A stretch of 64,000 bases of DNA, taken from the NCBI GenBank assembly GCA_964526345.1, contig CAZGKI010000009.1, positions 2,425 to 66,424 on the forward strand, read 5' to 3'. Below, in pieces: positions 48,104 through 58,800 of this stretch (position 1 is the first letter of the stretch; each line of letters begins with the position of its first letter). The notes beneath the pieces were generated by a model. It saw only the letters and a program-made list of their open reading frames with translations, was not told where the DNA came from and made no database searches. Position numbers and translations under genes: made by a program. This DNA comes from an uncultured Rikenellaceae bacterium. Its GTDB lineage: Bacteria > Bacteroidota > Bacteroidia > Bacteroidales > VadinHA17.

Positions 48104-49720
48104 ATGAAAAAACTTATTATCCTTTCAGTCAGCCTTTTTGTCTTTTTAAGTTATATTTCAGCCGACACCGAAAAAGAGATAAAGGTACAGGTTAAACAGG
48201 TAACTGTTTACCCTGACAGAGCGCAATTAACCCATGAAACGACAGTTGAAATACCTGCAGGAAAAAGTATAGTGAAGCTTGTAGGGCTTTCCCCATATAT
48301 CGATCCGCAGAGTATACAGGTTAAAGGATATGGCGATTTCATGATACTCTCGGTTAATCATCAGAACAATTACCTCCAAAACCTTGAAGACCAGCCGGAG
48401 ATTAAAAATATCAGGAGCCAGATCGAAGCTTTGCAGCTGAAGATTGAAGATGAAAAGGCTGCCATAAGCATCCTTAAGGAAAAGGAGGCCTTTCTTGTTG
48501 CCAACAGGGCTATCCTTGTAAAAGAAACGACGTTTACGATCGATCAGTTTAAAAATGTTATGGATCTGTACACAAACAGTATGGATCAGGTTACAATGAG
48601 TGTCCTGAAAAAGAACAGGGCTATAAAAGATTATGAAACACAAATAGCTGCACTTCAAAAACAGATTGCAGATAAAACAGGGAAACAAAAGCTTCCCTCA
48701 GGCGAGATATCTGTTTCGGTTAGTGCTGATAAACCTGTAAGCGGGAAAATGACATTTGCATATGTAGTCTCAAATGCCGGCTGGTATCCTTCATACGACA
48801 TCAGGGTTGATGATATTTCAAAGCCTGTAACAATATTTTACAAGGCAAATGTGTTTCAAAATACAGGGGTAGAATGGAAGAATGTCAAATTAAGCTTTTC
48901 AAATGCCACACCCTGGGTTTCAGGAAATTTGCCCATCTTAAATCCATGGTTTATTGATTATTATATTCCGGCACCTGCGCTTTTATATAAAAAAAGTGCC
49001 GGGGCAGCTTCCAGAAGCAACGCTCCCGCAGTAATGGAGGTAGCTGCTGATAAATCAGAAATGGCAAAAGCAGAAGAGTCGGCACCGGTTACAGTTCAGA
49101 GGAATGTCGGAGAAACAACTGTCACTTTTGATGTTGCAATACCCTACTCCATTGCTGCCGATGGTAAAGTGCAGACAATAGAGATTCAGCGATCAACATC
49201 GCCTGCTGAATACAAATACCTGACTGTACCAAAAATATCGACCCTGGCCTATCTCACAGGCAATATCACCGACTGGGCAAAACAGAGCCTTATAAGTGGG
49301 GAAGCTGCTCTTTATTTTGAGAATACTTATGTAGGCAAGTCATTTCTTGATGTCAACCAGCTTACTGATACACTTACTCTTTCTCTGGGAACCGATAACA
49401 GCATACTGGTCAAAAGGGAAAAGAGGCAGGATTATACGAGCAGAAAAATAATAGGTGCAAACAAAACTGAAACATATTCATTTCTTATCATCATCCGGAA
49501 TAATAAAACCAATTCTGTTAAGATCAATGTGAATGATCAGATCCCGGTCTCTTCAAACAGCGGCATCACAGTTGAAGCCATTGAATTAACAGGAGGTAAA
49601 GTGAACCAGCAAACCGGTCAGGTCAAGTGGAATCTGGAATTAAAGCCACAGGAGACAAAACAGTTAATAATGACATACTCGGTTAAATATCCGAAAGATA
49701 AAACTATAATCCTTGAATAA
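48104..49720 (+). CDS. DUF4140 + DUF4139 (mucoidy inhibitor MuiA-like) exported protein
   Basis: Signal peptide MKKLIIL, VTVYPDRAQL, AGWYPSYDIR, VFQNTGVEW, DQIPVS, VKWNLEL...YSVKYP; start 48104 (or TTG 48083). Confidence 0.82.
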   Translation: MKKLIILSVSLFVFLSYISADTEKEIKVQVKQVTVYPDRAQLTHETTVEIPAGKSIVKLVGLSPYIDPQSIQVKGYGDFMILSVNHQNNYLQNLEDQPEIKNIRSQIEALQLKIEDEKAAISILKEKEAFLVANRAILVKETTFTIDQFKNVMDLYTNSMDQVTMSVLKKNRAIKDYETQIAALQKQIADKTGKQKLPSGEISVSVSADKPVSGKMTFAYVVSNAGWYPSYDIRVDDISKPVTIFYKANVFQNTGVEWKNVKLSFSNATPWVSGNLPILNPWFIDYYIPAPALLYKKSAGAASRSNAPAVMEVAADKSEMAKAEESAPVTVQRNVGETTVTFDVAIPYSIAADGKVQTIEIQRSTSPAEYKYLTVPKISTLAYLTGNITDWAKQSLISGEAALYFENTYVGKSFLDVNQLTDTLTLSLGTDNSILVKREKRQDYTSRKIIGANKTETYSFLIIIRNNKTNSVKINVNDQIPVSSNSGITVEAIELTGGKVNQQTGQVKWNLELKPQETKQLIMTYSVKYPKDKTIILE

Positions 49721-49733
49721 ATAAATCACTCTT

Positions 49734-50108
49734 ATGAGAATCCTCGGTAACCTTATCTGGTTAATCTTTGGCGGCTTCATCATTGCCATCGAATATTTTA
49801 TAGGAAGTATCATATTAATGATATCTATTATTGGAATTCCTTTCGGCATTCAGACCCTAAAAATGGGAGCGCTGGCCATATGGCCCTTTGGTCGTGACAC
49901 ACGTGTCCATTCAAGAGCCTCCGGTTGCCTTTACATCCTGATGAATGTGTTATGGCTCATATGCGGCGGATTATGGATAGCGCTTACTCATGCTTTGTTT
50001 GGACTTCTTCTCTGCATAACAATAATCGGGATCCCGTTCGGTCTTCAACATTTCAAGCTCACTGCCATAGCACTAAATCCTTTCGGCAGAGATATTGTGA
50101 ATGTATGA
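49734..50108 (+). CDS. yccF: YccF domain membrane protein
   Basis: Two repeats LGNLIWLIFGG...IIGIPFG and LMNVLWLICGG...IIGIPFGLQHFK. Confidence 0.9.
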   Translation: MRILGNLIWLIFGGFIIAIEYFIGSIILMISIIGIPFGIQTLKMGALAIWPFGRDTRVHSRASGCLYILMNVLWLICGGLWIALTHALFGLLLCITIIGIPFGLQHFKLTAIALNPFGRDIVNV

Positions 50109-50157
50109 TGTATTATATGCGATGTTAAACACATGCTGGAAGAAATAAAAAAAGGCC

Positions 50158-50931
50158 TTATCTGGCCCTTATTACTCCTCTCTCGGAACTTCGGAAGAAA
50201 TTAACTATATAATCTCTGTCGGGAGTGAGTTTAAATTCACTTTCAACATAATCAAGAGCCCGTGAGAAGTTCATGCCATTCAGGTATATTGCCCTGTAAA
50301 TATTATGTATCTCGTCGATCCTTTCCTTTTCAAAGCCTCTTCTGGTCAGACCCACAGTATTTATTCCCATAAAAGAAAGTGGGTCACGGTCAGCCTTAAT
50401 GAATGGCGGAACATCTATTCTTATCTTACTGCCGCCACCAATCATCACATGTGCTCCTATCCGGGCGAACTGGTGTACAAGAGTGCCTGCACTGAGGATA
50501 GCCCATTCATCGACCTTTACTTCTCCGGCCATTCCGGTTGAGTTACCTATAATGCAATAGTTGCCTAATATGCAATCGTGACCAATGTGCGAATAAGCCA
50601 TGAGCAGGCAGTCGTTACCCACAACTGTTTTACCTGCTGCTGCAGTACCACGGTTAACTGTCGCCCCCTCTCTGATGGTAGTCCTGTCGCCTATCTCAGC
50701 AGTAGTCTCTTCACCTTTGAATTTCAAATCCTGCGGAATAGCCGATACTACAGCTGTGGGAAAGATTTTGCAGTTTTTCCCAATTCTTGCACCATCCATT
50801 ATGGTAGCATTGGGTCCAATCCAGGTCCCGTCACCTATAACCACATTACCGGCAATATAAGCAAAAGGATCAACTGTAACATTCTCTCCTAATTTTGCAT
50901 CGGGATGGATAAAAGCCAGATCTGAGATCAT
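50158..50931 (-). CDS. lpxA: UDP-N-acetylglucosamine O-acyltransferase
   Basis: Hexapeptide repeats, PQDLKF, IREGATVNRGT, LMAYSHIGHDC. Confidence 0.95.
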   Translation of the reverse strand: MISDLAFIHPDAKLGENVTVDPFAYIAGNVVIGDGTWIGPNATIMDGARIGKNCKIFPTAVVSAIPQDLKFKGEETTAEIGDRTTIREGATVNRGTAAAGKTVVGNDCLLMAYSHIGHDCILGNYCIIGNSTGMAGEVKVDEWAILSAGTLVHQFARIGAHVMIGGGSKIRIDVPPFIKADRDPLSFMGINTVGLTRRGFEKERIDEIHNIYRAIYLNGMNFSRALDYVESEFKLTPDRDYIVNFFRSSERGVIRAR

Positions 50932-50938
50932 CGGAACT

Positions 50939-52333
50939 TTATTTATTTTTTATTACCTGTGCTACCATTTCACCTTCAACAGCAAGTGTGTTTCCAACAA
51001 AAGCCTGTCCGTACATTGCGACGATGCCTCTGCGCATTGGTTCAATCAATTCCATTTTAAGAATAACAGTATCTCCGGGAACGACTTTATGTTTGAATTT
51101 GAGCTTATCTATTTTCAGAAAGTATGTCGAATATTTTTCCGGATCTTCAAAAGTGCTGAGAACGAGCAGCCCTCCGCACTGAGCAAGGGCTTCAACCAGC
51201 ATTACTCCGGGCATTACGGGTTCATCAGGAAAATGGCCCTGGAAGAAATGCTCGTTAAAAGTGACATTTTTAATCCCGACAACTGTAGTTTCATCCAGGG
51301 ATATTACTTTGTCGACCATGAGGAAAGGAAATCTGTGTGGAAGCCGTTTCAGGATATCATCCAGGTTATAAACAGGAGGTACAGAAGGATCATAGACCGG
51401 GATATCTCTTTTCGAAAGGGCCTTTTTCATTTCCTGCCTCATAATTTTTGCAAGCCGCGTGTTTGCATAATGTCCGGGTCGTGTAGCGACTACTTTCCCT
51501 TTTATTGGCATTCCTACGAGTGCAAGGTCTCCCATAATATCGAGGAGCTTATGCCTGGCCGGTTCATTGGGATAACGAAGTTCCGTATTATTCAGTATCC
51601 CGGCAGTATGTTTAGTAATACCCGGCCTGTTGAAAAGCAGAGCGATTCTTTCTATTTCAGCTTGTTCGACCTCTTTTTCGAGTATAACAACAGCATTATC
51701 CAGATCGCCTCCTTTTATAAGACCCATCTTATAAAGAGGCTCCAGTTCATGGAAAAAAACGAATGTACGGCTTTTGCTAATTTCCTCTTCGAAATCATCC
51801 AGTGAGTCGAGAATGGCATATTGATTGCCAAGAATCCTTGAATTATAATCTATAAGTACATTTATGCTGAAATGGTCGTCGGGATACACTATAAGGTCCA
51901 CGCCATGCTCCTCGTCGGAAAAAGCGATTTTCTGTTTCACAACAAAATAATTGCGTTCTTCCTTAAGCTCAACAATGCCGGCCTCCTTTATTGCTTCAAC
52001 AAAGGAAGCAGAGCCGCCGCCCATAATAGGAGCTTCAACGCAATTGAGCTCGATCACTGCATTATCAATTTGTAATCCATAAAGTGCGGCAAGGACATGT
52101 TCAATAGTCGCTACAGATGCATTATTCTGGACCAGGGTTGTACCTCTTGATGTATCAGCGACATGTTCGGCAAGAGCATCAATCAAAGGCTTTCCGGGAA
52201 GATCGACTCTGCAGAATTTGTAACCATGATTTGCCGGAGCCGGTTTAAAGGTTAGCGTCACGTTGATGCCAGTATGCAGGCCTTTGCCGTTCAGACTTAT
52301 TTCCTTTGCCAGACTCCTTTGCTTTTCGCTCAT
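50939..52333 (-). CDS. lpxC: Bifunctional LpxC deacetylase / FabZ dehydratase
   Basis: GLHTG, TIEHVLAAL, RHKLLDIMGD (LpxC); LPHRFPFLMVDK, FFQGHFPDEPVMPGV (FabZ). Confidence 0.96.
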   Translation of the reverse strand: MSEKQRSLAKEISLNGKGLHTGINVTLTFKPAPANHGYKFCRVDLPGKPLIDALAEHVADTSRGTTLVQNNASVATIEHVLAALYGLQIDNAVIELNCVEAPIMGGGSASFVEAIKEAGIVELKEERNYFVVKQKIAFSDEEHGVDLIVYPDDHFSINVLIDYNSRILGNQYAILDSLDDFEEEISKSRTFVFFHELEPLYKMGLIKGGDLDNAVVILEKEVEQAEIERIALLFNRPGITKHTAGILNNTELRYPNEPARHKLLDIMGDLALVGMPIKGKVVATRPGHYANTRLAKIMRQEMKKALSKRDIPVYDPSVPPVYNLDDILKRLPHRFPFLMVDKVISLDETTVVGIKNVTFNEHFFQGHFPDEPVMPGVMLVEALAQCGGLLVLSTFEDPEKYSTYFLKIDKLKFKHKVVPGDTVILKMELIEPMRRGIVAMYGQAFVGNTLAVEGEMVAQVIKNK

Positions 52334-52454
52334 CAGTTAATCAGGTTTTGTTACAATTCGGGTACAAAAAAAATAAAAATAATTCGAACAAGCTAAAAAA
52401 AAAACCTTTAACTATATTAATACCAATCAATTTGCGTTAGACCAGCAAATTACA

Positions 52455-53492
52455 CTATTTTTCTTTCTTAAAGTTTATTTCCCGTTCCAATTCGTCGATT
52501 TTTGTTTTCAGTTCCGGTAACTTTCTGAAAATCACTGAAGATCGTAAAAACTGTTTATGTTCTATCGCCGGTATCCCAAGCACCACAGAGTTCTCCTCCC
52601 TAATATCTCCGGCGACACCAGCTTTTGCTCCTATTTTGGTTCCGTCGGCGATCTTAAGATGACCTGCAATTCCGACCTGCCCGGCAAACATGCAATTTTT
52701 CCCGACTTTGGTGGATCCTGCAATACCAGTTTGCCCGGCCATCACAGTATTCTCTCCTATTTCCACATTATGCCCAATCTGAATCAGGTTGTCAAGCTTT
52801 ACACCTTTGTGAATCACAGTCGAACCCACTGTAGCCCTGTCAATTGCAACATTTGCTCCAATTTCTACATGATCTTCAATAATTACATTCCCTATCTGTG
52901 GAATTTTCATGAATTCTGTCTCCGACTGAGGGGCAAAACCAAATCCGTCGCTTCCTATCACTGCCCCGGCATGAACGGTACATCCTTCACCCAGAACACA
53001 GTCATGATATATTTTCACACCCGGATTAAGTGTGCAGTTATTGCCAAGCTTCGTATTATCCCCTACATAGACATGAGGGTAGACAGAACAGTTGTCGCCA
53101 ATAGAACAATTCTCCCCGATGTAGGAATATGGTCCTATATATACATCCTTACCGATTTTGGCAGTCTGTTCGATTATAGCAGTCACATGAATGCCCTTTT
53201 TCCTTGGCCGGGCCTGATCGACCATATGTAAAAGTGATGCAAAGGCCTCATAAGCATCTTGAACCCTGATAAGTGTTGCCTCAACCTGAGATGTGGGTTT
53301 AAAAGACTTATTTACCAGCACTACAGATGATTTTGTAGTATATAAATAATGTTCATATTTCGGATTGGCAAGAAACGAGAGGGCTCCCTGATGACCTTCT
53401 TCAATCCTGGCAATAGTATTAACTACAGTATCAGGATTCCCTTCCAGTTCTCCTTTAAGGAACCCGGCGATTTTTGCGGCAGTAAATTCCAT
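52455..53492 (-). CDS. lpxD: UDP-3-O-(3-hydroxyacyl)glucosamine N-acyltransferase
   Basis: [39 protein letters not shown]. Confidence 0.95.
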   Translation of the reverse strand: MEFTAAKIAGFLKGELEGNPDTVVNTIARIEEGHQGALSFLANPKYEHYLYTTKSSVVLVNKSFKPTSQVEATLIRVQDAYEAFASLLHMVDQARPRKKGIHVTAIIEQTAKIGKDVYIGPYSYIGENCSIGDNCSVYPHVYVGDNTKLGNNCTLNPGVKIYHDCVLGEGCTVHAGAVIGSDGFGFAPQSETEFMKIPQIGNVIIEDHVEIGANVAIDRATVGSTVIHKGVKLDNLIQIGHNVEIGENTVMAGQTGIAGSTKVGKNCMFAGQVGIAGHLKIADGTKIGAKAGVAGDIREENSVVLGIPAIEHKQFLRSSVIFRKLPELKTKIDELEREINFKKEK

Positions 53493-53508
53493 AATATAAA
53501 ATTTTTAA

Positions 53509-54759
53509 TTATCTGCATTCTTTAGGATAACAAAGAAAATATTTAGTGCTTCTTTCCGAAAGGAACCTGTGGTCAAACATATCGGAAATGGCAGCTATCT
53601 CTGCTGTCTCTCCTGATTTTAAAAGTATTTTGACCTCAGGGGCGTCGGGAGTATATGCCAGGTTTGAAATGCTTGAAGTAAAAACATAATAATCAATTTC
53701 TTCCGGTATTACTCCCGGTAACTTTTCAGCAATATTTTTCAGCTTGTTTACCTTTTCCTTATCAAAAGGTTCATTCTGAAGCTCTATTGCCAGCAGATCT
53801 CTTCTTATCAACCTTGAGGAAAGATCAGAAAGTACTTTATCAGGATTGTCGGTCCAGTATTTTGCTGAAACAAATATATCAGTATCATCAAGTCTCGTAA
53901 AATTGGAAGCTATCAGACCGGGTGTGAATGTCCCATCTTTAAGCAGGTCATCAGGACCAATCTTATTATTTAAAAAGAATCTCAGAGCAGGGGTCGAATA
54001 AAGATCGTGACCTTCAACTGCAAGCTCTTTAGCCCGTTTAAGTATCTTCACAAGCAGGCTTTCGGCAGAGAGTACTGTTTTATGCATATAAACCTGCCAG
54101 TACATAAGACGCCTGGCTATAAGGAACTTCTCGAGGGAATAGATACCCTTCTCATCAATCACCAGATTGCCATCTACAACATTGAGCATCCGGATAATAC
54201 GATCCGATCCGACAGAGCCTTCGATAACCCCGGTAAAGAAACTGTCTCTCCTGAGATAATCGAGCCTGTCCATATCCACCTGTCCGGCAATAAGTTCATG
54301 AAGGAATTTTTTTTGATAAGCACCGTTGAAGATCTCTATTGCCAGATCCAGTCTCCCTTTAAACTCCTCATTAAGCTTTCTCATAAGCAGAAGTGAAAGG
54401 TCCTCATGAGAAATCCCTGTAATTATGGAATTCTCAAGAGCATGTGAAAATGGGCCATGACCGGCATCATGAAGAAGAATTGCACTATAGACAGCCATTT
54501 CTTCTTCCCTGGTAATAACCACTCCCTTGCCTTGCAAAGTCTTTATAGCCGTATCCATAAGATGAAGGGCTCCCAGGGAGTGCTGAAACCTGCTGTGGTT
54601 TGCTCCGGGGTAAACAAAACTGGTGAGACCCAACTGCTTAATGTTCCTTAGTCTCTGGAACCAGGGATGCTCGATAAGGTCGAAAATAAAATCCCCAGGG
54701 ATGCTGATAAACCCATATACAGGGTCATTAATGATCTTTCTCTTGTTAGTCAGGTACAC
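53509..54759 (-). CDS. HD-domain phosphohydrolase (dNTP triphosphohydrolase-like)
   Basis: DPVYGFI, FQRLRNIKQLG, HSRFQHSLG, LLHDAGHGPFSH, DMDRLDYLRRD. Confidence 0.9.
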   Translation of the reverse strand: MYLTNKRKIINDPVYGFISIPGDFIFDLIEHPWFQRLRNIKQLGLTSFVYPGANHSRFQHSLGALHLMDTAIKTLQGKGVVITREEEMAVYSAILLHDAGHGPFSHALENSIITGISHEDLSLLLMRKLNEEFKGRLDLAIEIFNGAYQKKFLHELIAGQVDMDRLDYLRRDSFFTGVIEGSVGSDRIIRMLNVVDGNLVIDEKGIYSLEKFLIARRLMYWQVYMHKTVLSAESLLVKILKRAKELAVEGHDLYSTPALRFFLNNKIGPDDLLKDGTFTPGLIASNFTRLDDTDIFVSAKYWTDNPDKVLSDLSSRLIRRDLLAIELQNEPFDKEKVNKLKNIAEKLPGVIPEEIDYYVFTSSISNLAYTPDAPEVKILLKSGETAEIAAISDMFDHRFLSERSTKYFLCYPKECR

Positions 54760-54887
54760 CTGTCTTGATTTCTTGACTTACAAAAATAGGAATAAGTTTT
54801 ACATTATGTTAAGTGTAAATTATAACTGAACCCCAAAGTTTTTTTTCTTTTTAATAGAAATAAATCAAAAAATCAAAAAATATTTAT

Positions 54888-54912
54888 GCAACAATTGAAA
54901 TAAAAAGCGTCT
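54888..54912 (+). promoter_or_regulatory. ECF-type promoter upstream of the ABC/RND operon
   Basis: GCAAC-N15-CGTCT, 50 nt before the ATG. Confidence 0.5.
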
Positions 54913-54962
54913 TTTAGTAGTCAAATGTAACAGACAATAAAGGGCTTCTTAATAAGATATGT

Positions 54963-55856
54963 ATGAAAATTCAAATTCAGGGTCTTAATAAAATTTATCC
55001 TAATGGAAATCATGCATTAAAAGATATTAACCTTGAATTCGGGACAGGTATGTTCGGACTTCTCGGACCCAACGGAGCTGGCAAATCAAGTCTTATGAGA
55101 ATTCTGGTAACTCTGATGAAACCAACATCGGGTATGGTAATGATAGACGGTAAAGATATTCAGAAACACAGGAAAGAGCTCAGAAGCATTCTCGGGTATC
55201 TTCCACAGGATTTCAGGTTTTTTACAGCACTTAAAACATGGGAGTTCCTTGATTATGCTGGCTCTCTTTCCGGCATGAAAAACAGAAAGGAAAGGATGGC
55301 AGAAGTTGACAGATTACTTGATCAGGTTGGTCTTCTTGAAGCTCGCGACAGGCAGGCAAACCGCCTTTCCGGTGGGATGAAACGCCGTCTTGGCATCGCA
55401 CAGGCTCTCATAGGTAATCCAAAGATCATTATTGTTGATGAACCCACCACGGGACTTGATCCTGATGAGAGAATAAAATTCAGGAACGTCCTTTCGCAGC
55501 TAAGCCAGAATGATGTAATTATTATCCTGTCTACACATATCGTTGGTGATATCTCTTCTACATGCCAGGGAATGGCACTCCTTAACAGGGGAGAAGTTGT
55601 ATACTATGGCTCACCGGAGAACCTGGTAAAACATGCTGAAGGACATGTATTCAAATTGAACCTTACCCCGGCTGAATATGAAAAAGCAAAGGAAGTTTAC
55701 AATGTTATCTCTACAATTCCCAACGAAACCGGATGGGAAGTCCAGGTAGTGTCAGATGATGTTCCGGAATACAACTCGGAAAACATAGAACCTAACATAG
55801 AGCATGCTTATGTGTATTTCATGGAACACAAACTTCAAACCACTTTAATTGACTGA
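54963..55856 (+). CDS. ABC transporter ATP-binding protein (ABC-2/exporter type)
   Basis: GPNGAGKS, LSGGMKRR, IVDEPTTGLD, LSTHI. Confidence 0.95.
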   Translation: MKIQIQGLNKIYPNGNHALKDINLEFGTGMFGLLGPNGAGKSSLMRILVTLMKPTSGMVMIDGKDIQKHRKELRSILGYLPQDFRFFTALKTWEFLDYAGSLSGMKNRKERMAEVDRLLDQVGLLEARDRQANRLSGGMKRRLGIAQALIGNPKIIIVDEPTTGLDPDERIKFRNVLSQLSQNDVIIILSTHIVGDISSTCQGMALLNRGEVVYYGSPENLVKHAEGHVFKLNLTPAEYEKAKEVYNVISTIPNETGWEVQVVSDDVPEYNSENIEPNIEHAYVYFMEHKLQTTLID

Positions 55857-55870
55857 CAACATTTAAGCTG

Positions 55871-58800
55871 ATGTCTGCTTTTCATAATATCAGTACAGTT
55901 GCCCGGTATGAGGCAAAGACCCTCAGGCGAAGCTGGTTTTTCCGACTCTTCTCTATTGGCGCCGTGTTTATTTTCACCCTGATAAATATCGGTATGTTCT
56001 CACCTGTCGGTGGTGAACGATGGGAAGTAATATCAATCTCCTCTTCCCTGCCTCTCATTAACCTGTACCTGCTCAATATTGCCCAGGCCATAGTAGTTAT
56101 TTTTCTTGCCGCTGATTTTCTCAAACGCGATAAGAAGCTCGATACCAACGAAGTTCTCTACACCAGGTCAATGTCAAATTTTGAATACGTACTGGGAAAA
56201 TCATGGGGTATATTGAGGCTTTTCCTCAGCCTTGACATTATTATACTCGGAATTGGCCTGATTATTAATATTATTTCAAAAAGTATGTCAGTGAATATTA
56301 TGGCATATTTCTATTATCTCCTCATTATTACAATACCAACAATTATTTTCAGCCTTGGACTCGCTTTTACCCTGATGTCATTAATAAGAAACCAGGCAAT
56401 AACATTCCTTATTCTGCTTGGTTATGCGGCTCTTGATATTTTTTATCTCTACTTCCGGGCCGGCTCAATATTTGACTATATGGCTTTTGGTCTTCCGGTT
56501 TTTAGATCAGGTATGATAGGGTTCGATGATTTAAGTGTAATAGTCAATCAAAGACTGATTTACTTTTTTGCAGGACTATCGCTGATCATGGCAACGATAC
56601 TGTTATTTAAACGATTGCCACAATCTAAATTACACCGGGTGCTGACCATTATCTTTATGTTTGCTTTCCTGGCAGGAGCTTCCATTTGCGCCTATAACAC
56701 CTACTCAACTTACATTAAAAGAGTCAATGATAAAAATCTTGTTATTGAAACCAACAGGGAATTCGAAAGTAAGAGATTTGCAAGTATAATCGCTGCATCT
56801 ATTGAATTTATTCATGATGGAGATTCTTTTAAAGCAACTGCATCTATGAAGATTACAAATGATAATAGTGAGCCTCTTGATCAATATTACTTTTCACTTA
56901 ATCCTGCGCTTTCAGTATCAAAAATAAGTCGTGGCGGAAAAAATCTCGACTTTAAAAAAACAAACAATATAATTGATATAAACCCGGGCAGGATATTAAA
57001 TCCCGGAGAGAGTGACAGTGTCAGTTTTGCTTATTCCGGAAGAATAAATGAATCATTCTGTTATCCGAATTACAGTGATAATATCAAGGAAAATCCTTAC
57101 AGAATTTCTATGGTTAATGTAAATAAACGCCAGGCTTTCCTTACCAGAGATTATGTGCTGCTTACTCCTGAAGCACACTGGTATCCTGTTGCCGGGCTCA
57201 ATTACTATCCCTCCAATCCTGCTCAGATTAAAATTGATTTTATAAATTTTATTCTTAAAGTCAAAACAAAGAATGAATTGCTGCCTGTTTCCCAGGGCGA
57301 AATGAAAAAAGAAGACGGATACTATGTTTTTAAATCAGAAACGCCGCTTACGGGGCTTACACTTGCAATAGGAAATTATCTTACCGACAGTATTAAGGTT
57401 GGTTCTGTCAGGTATATTTCATATCATTTCTCCGGAAATGATTATTACAAGCAGGATCTCGAGGTACTCAAAGATACTTTGCCGTTGCTCATTTCGGGAT
57501 TGATGACTGACCTTGAATCAAATTTCTCTACCAAATATCCATTTAGGGACCTCAGTTTTATTGAAGTACCTGTTCAATTCTATTCTTATCCTAAAGAGAG
57601 TACACAAACAAGGGCAGAGGTTCAGCCGTCAATGGTTTTGCTTCCGGAAAGGCTCTCAACCTTAAACCAGGCCGGCTTCAGTAAGCTTTTCAAGCAACAG
57701 AAAAAGAGGATGACACGCAGCGGACAGGTTATAACTGACAAAGAACTGGATGTCAGGATTTTTAATAGTTTCATGAGAAGCACATTCATAACCGGTGAAA
57801 ATTTCAGGTTTGTAAATGGTATGGCTGCAAATGCGCCGACAAGGTATCTCCTCGGACCCAGTTTTTATTTCTTTAAGAATAACTTTTACTCTCTTGAATA
57901 CCCGGTCATTAATGCAGTTTTTGAATCCCATCTTCAAAAAGTAAATTCACCCATGACAGCCGGGTTTCAGGCAGCTACCGGTAATCTTACCGACAATGAC
58001 AAAGCCAATCTGATCCTTAAAAATCTGAGCTTTAGAGAGTTACTTGCAAAAAGTTCTGGGGCAGATACATTAAATGCTGTTCTTACCCTCAAAGGTGATT
58101 ACCTTTTTAACCTGATCAGGTCAAAGGCAGGCATAGATGAGTTTAAGGACTGGTTTGCCAGATACATTGATAATCACCAGTTTAAAAGGGTCAATATTAA
58201 GAATTTCAATGAAGATATTAAAAATAAATTCGGCTTCGAATTTTATTCTTACCTGAATGACTGGTTTTATGGCAAGGAGCAACCCGGATTTCTGTTTACG
58301 GATCTGAAAGCAACCCAGATTGTGGTTGGTGACAGATCGAGATACCAGGTTACATTTATTGTTACTGATCCTGAAGATGCCGGAGGATTGTTTAATATAT
58401 CCTTTCGTACTGTTGGCGCCGGAGGTTTCGGCCGTGGTGGCGGAGGAGGCCGTGGTGGAGGTTTTGGGGGCGGAGGCTTTGGCGGAGGCGGAGGCAGGAT
58501 GCAAATATCATTCCAGGGTCGTGGTATGGAAGCTGCTGATATTTCAAAGATTGTTTACACAGGTCCTCATGAGTCAAAAAAAATAGGGATTGTTCTTGAT
58601 GCCCAGCCAAGGGCAATGATGGTAAATACCCTTTTTTCGAAGAACGTACCCGGTGAAATAACACTTCCAATTGATGAAATAAATAAGTCTGATAATCTCA
58701 CACCTGAATTTTCCGGAGAAGAGATACTTACATCAAACCCTGTCTCCTCTGATCCAAATGAAATAATAGTTGATAATGAAGATCCGGGATTCATTATCAC

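Noticed and set aside
50939-52333. LpxC-FabZ fusion as a novelty
   Set aside because: Well-known, typical arrangement in Bacteroidota.
51089-53231. Long antisense ORFs 51089..51805 (238 aa) and 52557..53231 (224 aa)
   Set aside because: Fully antisense to lpxC/fabZ and lpxD, no protein motifs; shadow frames. The same applies to the other short overlapping ORFs in the track.
54760-54962. Absence of porX divergent from the HD-lpxD operon
   Set aside because: I recall that synteny from other Bacteroidota but cannot verify it for this lineage; a simple rearrangement is sufficient.
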